Virus record (IMG/VR): IMGVR_UViG_2728369593_000019
Strand: one strand, 5' to 3'
Length of the DNA stretch: 14,079 bases
DNA from: a virus
Taxonomy: Duplodnaviria; Heunggongvirae; Uroviricota; Caudoviricetes
Shown: one piece after another, positions 7,861 through 14,079 of the stretch
How positions within the stretch are numbered: the first letter of the stretch is position 1
Layout of the letters: the number at the start of each line of letters is the position of its first letter
The notes under the pieces: model-generated
Told to the model about the DNA's origin: nothing
The model's database searches: none
The model's input: only the letters and a program-made list of their open reading frames with translations
Made by a program: the position numbers and the translations under genes

Positions 7861-8040
7861 ATATCCTGCACGGCCTTCTGCTTTGTAGAAGGCTTCTTCG
7901 CTATCATAATCGCCAGATTCCAGTGCTTCTTTAGCCAGCCAGATGCGTGCCCCAGTGCCTGCATTTGGCTCCAGTTGCTGGAGGCGTTTTGCATCTTCCA
8001 GGAGTAGAGCGATAACGTGTTTTAATTCTGTCTCGTTCAT
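7837..8040 (-). CDS. Small protein (67 aa), YdaG/YdfB-like by position
   Basis: The track ORF starts at a GTG (8049). The first ATG at 8040 gives MNETELKHVIALLLEDAKRLQQLE... and overlaps the stop of the upstream YdaF-like gene. Second gene after the repressor on the leftward strand, as in Rac and Qin. Confidence 0.5.
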   Translation of the reverse strand: MNETELKHVIALLLEDAKRLQQLEPNAGTGARIWLAKEALESGDYDSEEAFYKAEGRAGYSPGLGGV

Positions 8041-8041
8041 T

Positions 8042-8197
8042 TTACTCACCTGAATGTCTTCCCAACCAACGACGTGCGCCAGCTTCGGTTTTAAACGTTT
8101 TGCTTTTGGTATACGTCATGGCGGTGAATGTGCCGTCCTGATTGGGAAACACGCCACATACCAGAGATTCGTTGTTGCCAAGATCGATAGTATCCAT
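8042..8197 (-). CDS. Small protein (51 aa), YdaF/YdfA-like (DUF1391-like)
   Basis: Internal ATG at 8197 with a GAGGT ribosome-binding site 7 nt upstream gives MDTIDLGNNESLVCGVFPNQDGTFTAMTYTKSKTFKTEAGARRWLGRHSGE, 51 aa. That is the length I recall for Rac YdaF and Qin YdfA, and it is the first gene leftward of the repressor. Confidence 0.6.
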   Translation of the reverse strand: MDTIDLGNNESLVCGVFPNQDGTFTAMTYTKSKTFKTEAGARRWLGRHSGE

Positions 8198-8381
8198 GTT
8201 GACCTCATTTCCCCTTAACGCCGGGTGGCGGAACGTTTTATCTACTGCGCTTTGTATCAATCAACAACTGCCGTCATGTTCGTATGCCTCAGGCTGGCTA
8301 CTTAGCCCTGTTCAGTGGCTGGATAACTCGAGGTATTGTCCTGCCGTTCTCTGGTGGGGCGTTGTTTGGATATGGCAAATG

Positions 8382-8420
8382 CTCACATATCGTGAGTGTT
8401 TTGTCAACTCAATATGTGAG
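8382..8420. promoter_or_regulatory. Candidate left operator pair: two TCAC-N5-GTGA-type inverted repeats in front of the leftward early genes
   Basis: CTCAC-ATATC-GTGAG at 8382-8396 is a perfect inverted repeat. CTCA-ATATG-TGAG at 8408-8420 is a near copy. Same half-site as the three sites between repressor and cro-like gene. A TTGACA hexamer on the minus strand lies between them. Confidence 0.45.
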
Positions 8421-8448
8421 CAATGTTGCTTTTGGATTTTTGATGGAC

Positions 8449-8482
8449 AAAAAAAGCCCTCGCTAATAGCGAGAGCTTTTTG
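8449..8482. terminator. Bidirectional rho-independent terminator downstream of the repressor gene
   Basis: A-run at 8449-8455, stem GCCCTCGC-TAATA-GCGAGAGC (7 of 8 bp paired), T-run at 8477-8481. Sits 26 nt beyond the repressor stop, so the minus-strand reading (U-tract from the A-run) ends the repressor transcript. Confidence 0.6.
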
Positions 8483-8507
8483 ATTGGAATCGAGGGAGAT
8501 TAAAGGC

Positions 8508-8897
8508 TTAGGAGGATTTTTTCTGTTGCCTGCTTCTTAGATATTTTTCCACATACTCATCAAGCTCTTGAAGACGGATTTCGAACAGATCAATCATGCG
8601 TGCTTGTTCCGATCCTGGGAGCTGATTAAACAGTTCTAGCATTTTTTTCTGGTTATCATTTAACCACGAGTAAGTGTTTTCCTGTTCACCGAACATTAAT
8701 TCTGCGGGGGAAATGCCTAGTACCTGGCCGAGGATGATCGCATCCTCAGCCCCCACACTCCTGGTGCCAGCTTCGTAGTTAGCAATACGAGAAGAACCTG
8801 ACCAACCACATAGTTTTGCCAGGTTTCCCATACTTAATCCTCGATTTAGGCGAGTGGCTTTTAGTCGCTCGCCTATTTGTTCTGCAATGGTTTTCAT
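8508..8897 (-). CDS. Prophage repressor, XRE-family helix-turn-helix, DicA/RacR type (no LexA-like S24 peptidase domain)
   Basis: ATG at 8897 with a GGAG ribosome-binding site gives about 129 aa: MKTIAEQIGERLKATRLNRGLSMGNLAKLCGWSGSSRIANYEAGTRSVGAEDAIILGQVLGISPAEL... (helix-turn-helix). C-terminal LELFNQLPGSEQARMIDLFEIRLQEL resembles DicA (LELFNALPESEQ...) as I recall it. Divergent from the cro-like gene. The track ORF extends to 9002 with no ribosome-binding site. Confidence 0.85.
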   Translation of the reverse strand: MKTIAEQIGERLKATRLNRGLSMGNLAKLCGWSGSSRIANYEAGTRSVGAEDAIILGQVLGISPAELMFGEQENTYSWLNDNQKKMLELFNQLPGSEQARMIDLFEIRLQELDEYVEKYLRSRQQKKSS

Positions 8898-8910
8898 AGC
8901 TCCGATTTTA

Positions 8911-8978
8911 TCACGATGTGTGAAATTAGCGGTACTCACGTATCTGTAGTTGATCTTGCTCACGAAATGTGAATAATA
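8911..8978. promoter_or_regulatory. Candidate right operator/promoter region: three TCAC-N5-GTGA-type sites at 25-bp spacing overlapping a rightward sigma70-like promoter
   Basis: TCAC-GATGT-GTGA at 8911-8923, TCAC-GTATC-TGTA at 8936-8948 (imperfect), TCAC-GAAAT-GTGA at 8961-8973. TTGATC at 8950-8955, 17-bp spacer, ATAATA at 8973-8978, oriented towards the cro-like gene. The third operator overlaps the spacer and -10. Confidence 0.55.
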
Positions 8979-8991
8979 GAAACAGGAGGTA

Positions 8992-9237
8992 ATGATGAAC
9001 AAAATTTCAACATATCGAAAACAGCTTGGGCTGTCTCAAAGACAACTTGCTGTTCAGTTAGGGTGGATACAAAGCCGACTGGCAAATTACGAAGCAAATT
9101 TTCGTACCCCTGGGCTAGAGGAGTGCAGAAAAATTGTTTCCACCCTTAATCGGCTTGGTGCTCATTGTGGACTTGACGATGTATTCCCCCCAGACGGTAA
9201 GCATAGCGAAAACAGCATAGGAGCGGTTGATTCATGA
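8992..9237 (+). CDS. Cro-like / YdaS-like helix-turn-helix regulator
   Basis: 81-aa ORF divergent from the repressor. KQLGLSQRQLAVQLGWIQSRLANYE is a helix-turn-helix. AGGAGG ribosome-binding site at 8984-8989; ATGs at 8992 and 8995, the second better spaced. Stop overlaps the next ATG (ATGA at 9234-9237). Confidence 0.75.
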   Translation: MMNKISTYRKQLGLSQRQLAVQLGWIQSRLANYEANFRTPGLEECRKIVSTLNRLGAHCGLDDVFPPDGKHSENSIGAVDS

Positions 9238-9656
9238 AAATCAGGCATGAGCACATCGAATCAGTGTTGTTAGCCCTGGCAGCCGAAAAAGGGCAGGCGT
9301 GGGTCGCTAACGCAATTACTGAAGAATATCTGCGCCAGGGGGGCGGCGAATTGCCCCTGGTACCAGGCAAGGACTGGAACAATCAGCAGAATATCTATCA
9401 CCGTTGGTTGAAAGGTGAAACGAAAGCGCAAAGGGAAAAAATTCAGAAACTGATCCCTGCGGTTCTGGCAATTCTTCCGCGCGAGCTGCGTCACCGACTC
9501 TGCATCTTCGATACCCTGGAACGCCGTGCATTACTGGCGGCGCAGGAAGCGTTGAGTACGGCAATTGATGCGCATGATGATGCAGTCCAGGCTGTTTACC
9601 GGAAAGCACATTTCAGCGGCGGAGGATCGCCCGGCGATTCTGTCGTAGTGCATTGA
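9234..9656 (+). CDS. Hypothetical 140-aa protein translationally coupled to the cro-like gene, in the YdaT/cII position
   Basis: AGGAG ribosome-binding site 10 nt upstream of the ATG at 9234. The cro-like plus 140-aa arrangement matches Rac ydaS-ydaT; the sequence identity to YdaT is not verified. Confidence 0.65.
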   Translation: MKIRHEHIESVLLALAAEKGQAWVANAITEEYLRQGGGELPLVPGKDWNNQQNIYHRWLKGETKAQREKIQKLIPAVLAILPRELRHRLCIFDTLERRALLAAQEALSTAIDAHDDAVQAVYRKAHFSGGGSPGDSVVVH

Positions 9657-9700
9657 TTGAAATTAATCGTGCCGGACTGTTTTGTTCGGTATCAGTTAAA

Positions 9701-10120
9701 TGTAACGCTGCGAGCGTTACAAGGTGAAAACAAATGGCTTCAAACTGGATAAAGCTCGAGGTTATTACGCCGGATAAGCCGGAAATATTCAGGCTTGCTG
9801 AGATTCTGAATATTGATCCAGATGCCGCATTAGGGAAGGTTATTCGCTTCTGGGCATGGGCGGATCAACAAATGATAGACGGTAACGCAGATTGTAACGC
9901 TCGCGGCGTTACAAAAAGTGCAATAGATCGCATTACTTTTATGGCTGGTTTTGCTGATGCGTTAATTCAGGTTGGATGGCTGGTCGAAAATGACGGTGGG
10001 CTTTCTCTACCTAACTTTGAACGTCATAACGGAAAAAGCTCTAAAAAACGGGCGGTTACAAACGAGCGAGTAACAAAAATACGCGAACTGAAACGAAAAG
10101 GTAACGCTGACAGCGTTACA
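9701..10120. repeat. Candidate replication-origin iterons: repeated palindromes GTAACGC-N5-GCGTTAC(A) and half-sites in and just upstream of the initiator gene
   Basis: TGTAACGCTGCGAGCGTTACA at 9701-9721, TGTAACGCTCGCGGCGTTACA at 9893-9913 (extra half-site GGTAACGC at 9881-9888), half-sites GGTTACA and GAGTAACA at 10053-10076, GTAACGCTGACAGCGTTACA at 10101-10120. A GAA-repeat acidic linker follows at 10141-10160. Confidence 0.45.
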
Positions 10121-10522
10121 CAAACGGATCAAAAAGCGTTACCAGAGGAAGAGGAAGAGGAAGATATAAATACTGATCTCCCCCTAAATCCCCCTCGGCA
10201 AAAACGAGCGTCTAAAAAGTTCGAGCCGGAGGCTATTGAGCTGCCCGATTGGTTGCCGGAAACACTCTGGCATGAGTGGGTCCGGTTCAGACAGGCATTG
10301 CGAAAACCGATTCGAACGGAGCAGGGCGCTAACGGGGCGATACGGGAACTGGAAAAATTCCGTCAGCAGGGGTTTACACCTGAGCAGGTGATTCGACACA
10401 GCATCGCCAATGAATACCAGGGCCTGTTCGCGCCGAAAGGTGTTCGGCCTGAGACGTTGCTCCGACAGGTTAACACCGTCTCGTTGCCGGACAGTGCGAT
10501 CCCGCCAGGCTTCAGGGGGTAA
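9734..10522 (+). CDS. Phage replication initiation protein (lambda O-like role; YdaU/DUF1376-like)
   Basis: 262-aa ORF immediately upstream of the DnaC-like gene. Carries the iteron-like repeats in its 5' half and an EEEEEED acidic linker between N- and C-terminal parts. Ribosome-binding site AAGGTGA 7 nt upstream of the ATG. Confidence 0.7.
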   Translation: MASNWIKLEVITPDKPEIFRLAEILNIDPDAALGKVIRFWAWADQQMIDGNADCNARGVTKSAIDRITFMAGFADALIQVGWLVENDGGLSLPNFERHNGKSSKKRAVTNERVTKIRELKRKGNADSVTQTDQKALPEEEEEEDINTDLPLNPPRQKRASKKFEPEAIELPDWLPETLWHEWVRFRQALRKPIRTEQGANGAIRELEKFRQQGFTPEQVIRHSIANEYQGLFAPKGVRPETLLRQVNTVSLPDSAIPPGFRG

Positions 10523-10528
10523 CAGACC

Positions 10529-11275
10529 ATGAAAAATATTGCGACAGGAGGCGTTCTGGAGCGTATCCGCAGACTGACCCCACCACATGTAACCGCCCCA
10601 TTCAGAACGGTTGCGGAGTGGCGCGAGTGGCAACTTGCTGAAGGCCAGAAACGTTGCGAGGAGATCAACCGCCTGAATCGTCAGTTGCGGGTGGAAAAAA
10701 TTCTGAATCGCTCTGGCATCCAGCCGTTGCACCGTAAATGCTCGTTTGCGAATTACCAGGTGCAGAACGACGGCCAGCGATACGCGTTAAGCCAGGCGAA
10801 ATCCATCGCCGATGAACTGATGACCGGGTGTACAAATTTTGCGTTCAGCGGAAAACCTGGTACCGGGAAGAATCACTTAGCGGCAGCTATCGGGAATCGC
10901 CTGCTGAAAGACGGTCAGACAGTGATTGTGGTTACCGTGGCTGATGTTATGAGCGCCCTGCACGCCAGCTATGACGACGGGCAGTCAGGCGAAAAATTTT
11001 TGCGGGAGCTGTGCGAAGTGGATCTGCTGGTTCTTGATGAAATTGGCATTCAGCGCGAGACGAAAAACGAGCAGGTGGTGCTGCACCAGATTGTTGATCG
11101 CCGGACAGCGTCGATGCGCAGCGTGGGGATGCTGACAAACCTGAACTATGAGGCCATGAAAACATTGCTCGGCGAGAGGATTATGGATCGCATGACCATG
11201 AACGGCGGGCGATGGGTGAATTTTAACTGGGAGAGCTGGCGTCCGAATGTCGTCCAGCCAGGAATTGCGAAGTGA
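10529..11275 (+). CDS. DnaC-like helicase loader (IstB-like AAA+ ATPase)
   Basis: 248 aa. Walker [16 protein letters not shown], Walker [10 protein letters not shown], sensor-like RRTASMRS. Follows the initiator gene with a 6-nt gap. Confidence 0.9.
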   Translation: MKNIATGGVLERIRRLTPPHVTAPFRTVAEWREWQLAEGQKRCEEINRLNRQLRVEKILNRSGIQPLHRKCSFANYQVQNDGQRYALSQAKSIADELMTGCTNFAFSGKPGTGKNHLAAAIGNRLLKDGQTVIVVTVADVMSALHASYDDGQSGEKFLRELCEVDLLVLDEIGIQRETKNEQVVLHQIVDRRTASMRSVGMLTNLNYEAMKTLLGERIMDRMTMNGGRWVNFNWESWRPNVVQPGIAK

Positions 11276-11297
11276 TTTTTACCGGGAGGAAATTTTA

Positions 11298-12059
11298 ATG
11301 GAAACCGTTTTTGATGCACTGAAAGCAATGGGAAAAGCCACGTCGGTAGAACTGGCTGCGCGACTTGATATCAGTCGTGAAGAAGTGCTGAACGAGCTGT
11401 GGGAACTGAAAAAGGCTGGATTCGTTGATAAAAGCGTATACACCTGGCGTGTGGCCGATAACAACGTTCAGCAGGAACATCCAGTGCCGGAAGAACAGCC
11501 GGAAGAAATCGCCACGGCAACAGTGACGAAAATCTCAGAGTGCGATTTAACCGCGACGATTGAACAACGCGGACCACAAACGGCGGATGAACTGGCTACG
11601 CTGTTCGGTACAACATCCCGCAAAGTGGCTTCAACGCTGGCAATGGCAATCAGCAAAGGTCGTCTGATTCGCGTAAATCAGGGCGGTAAATTTCGTTACT
11701 GCATACCGGGCGATAATTTACCAGCAGAGCCGAAAGCTGCATCGGTAGCGGAAACTGATGGTAAAGCCTTTCCTCAGCCTGCATGTGTTGCGTTACCAGT
11801 ACAGGAGGCTGCAACACAGGAAGATATTAAAACAGAAACTGTGGCGGACATTGTGCAGTCGCTGCCATCGTTCACCGAAACGCGAGCGGATGACCTGATT
11901 TTACCATCGCTGCATATGGCAAACCGCGAACTGCGTCGGGCGAAAAGTCATGTCCAGAAGTGGGCGCGAGTCTGCGCCGCGCTGCGGGAGCTGAACAAGC
12001 ACCGGGATATTGTTCGACAGATTACTGATTCTTCCCGCCGTGTTGTATCGGAAAAGTGA
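11298..12059 (+). CDS. Hypothetical protein (253 aa), possible N-terminal winged-helix DNA-binding domain
   Basis: ATG at 11298 with a strong GGGAGGA ribosome-binding site 8 nt upstream. The track's alternative ATG at 11247 has no ribosome-binding site and overlaps the DnaC-like gene. N-terminal segment [30 protein letters not shown] looks helix-turn-helix-like; central part is acidic. Confidence 0.65.
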   Translation: METVFDALKAMGKATSVELAARLDISREEVLNELWELKKAGFVDKSVYTWRVADNNVQQEHPVPEEQPEEIATATVTKISECDLTATIEQRGPQTADELATLFGTTSRKVASTLAMAISKGRLIRVNQGGKFRYCIPGDNLPAEPKAASVAETDGKAFPQPACVALPVQEAATQEDIKTETVADIVQSLPSFTETRADDLILPSLHMANRELRRAKSHVQKWARVCAALRELNKHRDIVRQITDSSRRVVSEK

Positions 12060-12074
12060 TTGCCGGAGGCACTT

Positions 12075-12497
12075 ATGGCAAAAGTATTTACACAAGAAGA
12101 GCGGGAAAAAATTAAAGGGCAGGTTGTTGAGCTAGTACGCCGGAGTGGGCGCGAGACGTTACGGCAACTGGAAGCCAAGACAGGTGCGACAAGATATCTG
12201 ATGAGCGTTCTCGCCAGAGAGCTTGTTGCCAGTGGCGATGTATACAACTCTGGTTACGGGTTATTTCCGTCTGAACAGGCCCGTAAGGACTGGCAAAACG
12301 CCCGCAAAAAACTATCCAGGGCAAAGGTGAAAAAAACGGTTGTGGTTGATCCTGACCTTATCTGGTCATTACCAGACGGAGAAATACGCCGCTACGACAG
12401 GCGTCTGAACATAATCTGTCGCGAGTGCCGGAAGAGCGAAGCTATGCAGCGTGTACTGGCTTTCTATCAGGGTAATTTTCAGGAGGCGGTACTGTGA
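12075..12497 (+). CDS. Hypothetical protein (140 aa), basic
   Basis: The track ORF starts at a TTG (12060). ATG at 12075 has a GGAGG ribosome-binding site at 12065-12069. No family recognised. Confidence 0.6.
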   Translation: MAKVFTQEEREKIKGQVVELVRRSGRETLRQLEAKTGATRYLMSVLARELVASGDVYNSGYGLFPSEQARKDWQNARKKLSRAKVKKTVVVDPDLIWSLPDGEIRRYDRRLNIICRECRKSEAMQRVLAFYQGNFQEAVL

Positions 12498-12554
12498 GTG
12501 AAATTAGCTATCAGGCTTCAATTGCCGCTGGCATTCGCATCAAAGGAGAGGAGC

Positions 12555-12911
12555 ATGGAAATAAAACCAGAGGATGAGTTAAGCAATATCGTTTTATTTC
12601 CGGTAAAAGAGGATGACCCACGTAATCAGGTTAATTTTCTTTATGAGCCATCGGAAAGACCATACTGCCATCACGCTTCTGTCCGGGTTGACGAAAAAGA
12701 GCGTCAGGTCCGCTGTAAAATCTGCGGTGCAGTTGTGGAGCCGTTTGACTGGATGCTCTCTGTGGCGAAAAGAGAAACCAGACTGGCAGATGATGTAAGG
12801 CTATTGCGCCAGGAGGAGCGTGAAAGACGTAAAAATATAGAAAAGCTGATTAAGATTGAGCGCAACGCGAAAGCGCGGATACGCAGAGTGACAAAATCAA
12901 GAACTGAATAA
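12555..12911 (+). CDS. Hypothetical protein (118 aa) with possible zinc-binding motif and basic coiled-coil-like C-terminus
   Basis: ATG at 12555 preceded by AAAGGAGAGGAGC. An alternative GTG at 12498 overlaps the previous stop and has AGGAGG 11 nt upstream. Motif CHH...C-KICG, then an Arg/Lys/Glu-rich tail. Confidence 0.55.
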   Translation: MEIKPEDELSNIVLFPVKEDDPRNQVNFLYEPSERPYCHHASVRVDEKERQVRCKICGAVVEPFDWMLSVAKRETRLADDVRLLRQEERERRKNIEKLIKIERNAKARIRRVTKSRTE

Positions 12912-13008
12912 TTAAATTTAGCACTGTAAATAAAATTTAATCCTTAACCGGAGGGATTTCTGCACCCTCAGAACATCAGGAGGCCGCCTGAAAGGGCGGT
13001 AATGATAA

Positions 13009-13455
13009 ATGATTGAATTAACAAAAGAGCAATTAATCGAAGAGGCTAAATTAAAAATCGCGATTGCGAAATGTCACCCCAATTCAGGGATGGCACGGAT
13101 AGAGGGTGAGTTATTCAAAATTGCACTGGCATCGCTGGAAGCAGAACCGATGGCATGGCGATATCGCTACGTGAAAAAAGGCATTACGGACTCACAGGGG
13201 GAGCCGTGGGTTGGTGACTGGAAATATGTACCGACAAAAGAGGATTGCAACGACAGACCGAACTATGAAATTCAGGCGTTATTCACTGCCCCACCTGTGC
13301 CACTGACACCAGAAGGATTGATTAAAGCAGTGCGTTTCTATGAGCAGGTAAAGCGTGAGAATCCGCCAGTCGAAACCGGAGCATGGAAAGACGCTGTTGA
13401 CTGGGTGCTCAAAGAGGCTTGTCAGGTTGTAAACATTCGCATCAAAGGAGAGTGA
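13009..13455 (+). CDS. Hypothetical protein (148 aa)
   Basis: ATG at 13009. Preceded by two hairpins (GAGGG...CCCTC at 12942-12962; CCGCC-TGAAAG-GGCGG at 12984-13000). No family recognised. Confidence 0.6.
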   Translation: MIELTKEQLIEEAKLKIAIAKCHPNSGMARIEGELFKIALASLEAEPMAWRYRYVKKGITDSQGEPWVGDWKYVPTKEDCNDRPNYEIQALFTAPPVPLTPEGLIKAVRFYEQVKRENPPVETGAWKDAVDWVLKEACQVVNIRIKGE

Positions 13456-13459
13456 TGAT

Positions 13460-13975
13460 ATGGCGTTAACACACCGCGAACTCTGTCAGATTGCGTACAA
13501 GTTCCTTAAGCGCAACGGGTTCAAGGTTTGCTTTCATGACCGCTTTGTTGCTGTAACCAGTACCGGAGAACAGCCAGATGCTATGGGATTCAGAAATTCA
13601 GCATCATGCCTGATAGAGGCGAAGTGTTCTCGTGCTGACTTGTTGGCAGATAGAAAAAAGCGTTTCCGTAAAAATCCGTCTCTTGGAATGGGCGACTGGC
13701 GATTCTTTATTAGTGAGCCGGGAATTATTTCAGTTGAGGATTTACCACCTGGCTGGGGATTACTTCACGTTGTTAACGGAAGAGTACGGAAAGTACATGG
13801 ATGGCCCAGGGGTAATTGCTGTTGGGGTAATCCTGACGATAAGCCATTTACTGGAAATAAGCAGGTTGAATGCGATTACATGTTATCTGCATTAAGGCGC
13901 ATGGAGTTGAGAGGGCACCTTAATGAAATATATGACGGTGTAATTGTTAATAAGAAAGAAGGAAACGCGGCATGA
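13460..13975 (+). CDS. Hypothetical protein (171 aa), possible PD-(D/E)xK-type nuclease-like fold
   Basis: Ribosome-binding site AAAGGAGAG 9 nt upstream of the ATG. N-terminal half has the spacing D(PDAMGF)...E-A-K (CLIEAKCSRADL), reminiscent of restriction-endonuclease-like or Holliday-junction-resolvase-like motifs. This is a motif-level inference only. Confidence 0.55.
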   Translation: MALTHRELCQIAYKFLKRNGFKVCFHDRFVAVTSTGEQPDAMGFRNSASCLIEAKCSRADLLADRKKRFRKNPSLGMGDWRFFISEPGIISVEDLPPGWGLLHVVNGRVRKVHGWPRGNCCWGNPDDKPFTGNKQVECDYMLSALRRMELRGHLNEIYDGVIVNKKEGNAA

Positions 13976-14079
13976 TCGCTATTACCAAAGAGCGACTGCT
14001 GACAATCAAGCAGTGGCGCGAAACATACGGACCTGGCAGCAACGTTGTACTGCCAGCAGAAGAAGCGGAAGAACTGGCA
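13972..14079 (+). CDS. 5' part of a further gene, truncated by the window edge
   Basis: ATG at 13972 overlaps the preceding stop (ATGA). AAGGAA ribosome-binding site about 11 nt upstream. Open through the window end (MIAITKERLLTIKQWRETYGPGSNVVLPAEEAEELA...). Confidence 0.4.
   Translation, partial: MIAITKERLLTIKQWRETYGPGSNVVLPAEEAEELA

Larger units (their letters stand above)
600..14079. mobile_element. Lambdoid prophage, integrase-proximal part; left boundary approximate (attL lies somewhere in 413-733), right end beyond the window
   Basis: Contiguous phage module order int-xis-lar-exo-bet-gam-...-repressor/cro-like-replication genes, adjacent to a terminated host gene. Confidence 0.8.

Noticed and set aside
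7676-7888. 70-aa plus-strand ORF in another frame overlapping the 96-aa gene
   Set aside because: Nested alternative frame with no ribosome-binding site; the 7570 frame is longer and has one.
8142-8483. Plus-strand ORFs 8142..8483 and 8284..8466
   Set aside because: They cross the YdaF-like gene, the operator candidates and the bidirectional terminator; no ribosome-binding sites.
7200-8500. Lambda-type N antiterminator gene and nutL (boxA/boxB) site
   Set aside because: No N-like Arg-rich small ORF and no CGCTCTTA-type boxA were found. The immunity region is DicA/RacR-type, which does not use N.
8898-9002. N-terminal 35 codons of the track's 164-aa repressor ORF
   Set aside because: The extension starts inside the cro-like coding and ribosome-binding region and has no ribosome-binding site of its own. 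The ATG at 8897 has a GGAG site and gives a repressor of typical size.
9146-9609. Minus-strand ORFs antisense to the cro-like and 140-aa genes (9146..9382, 9270..9494, 9316..9609)
   Set aside because: They are antisense to a coupled, ribosome-binding-site-bearing gene pair and have Cys/Pro/Arg-rich translations typical of GC-rich antisense frames.
10184-11656. Minus-strand ORFs inside the replication and downstream genes (10184..10732, 10363..10668, 10947..11165, 11146..11328, 11279..11656 group)
   Set aside because: They are antisense to the initiator, the DnaC-like gene (clear Walker motifs) and the next gene; no start signals.
11901-12324. Minus-strand ORFs 11901..12095, 11948..12247, 12112..12324
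   Set aside because: Antisense to ribosome-binding-site-supported plus-strand genes.
8040-12498. ORF-track start positions at 8049, 12060 and 12498
   Set aside because: The sequence shows these starts are GTG or TTG codons, which the track displays as M. I moved the first two to the nearest ATG with a ribosome-binding site, and preferred the ATG at 12555 for the third while noting the GTG at 12498 is a possible alternative.
13632-13895. 87-aa plus-strand ORF inside the 171-aa gene
   Set aside because: Alternative frame, no independent signals.
1-14079. CRISPR arrays, tRNA/tmRNA genes at the attachment site, insertion-sequence inverted repeats or transposases
   Set aside because: No regularly spaced repeat-spacer array, no tRNA-like cloverleaf near attL and no transposase-like ORF were seen. 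The only repeats are short operator, iteron and junction repeats.

Overview
This window is the integrase-proximal ~13.5 kb of a lambdoid prophage, inserted downstream of a host gene that resembles E. coli yebY (1..342). All calls come from reading the sequence and from remembered protein families; no database search was run. The prophage extends past the right edge of the window, so only one attachment junction (attL side) is present. Reading from attL: integrase and excisionase (minus strand), a small protein, a Lar/Ral-family protein, then exo-bet-gam, which closely match phage lambda's Red proteins from memory. Beyond gam lie three uncharacterised cargo genes (102, 178 and 409 aa), a 91-aa and a 73-aa gene that I assign to RacC-like and Kil-like proteins mainly on position and length, and a DicF-like small RNA on the minus strand. 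A lone 96-aa plus-strand gene sits opposite to the early operon, followed by YdaG/YdaF-like small genes and a DicA/RacR-type repressor with TCAC-N5-GTGA operator candidates on both sides. Rightward are a Cro-like gene, a coupled 140-aa gene, a replication initiator with palindromic iteron-like repeats, a DnaC-like helicase loader and five hypothetical genes. The best candidates for an undescribed function are the lone 96-aa plus-strand gene (7570..7860) and the 409-aa cargo protein (5096..6325); neither could be assigned to a family.
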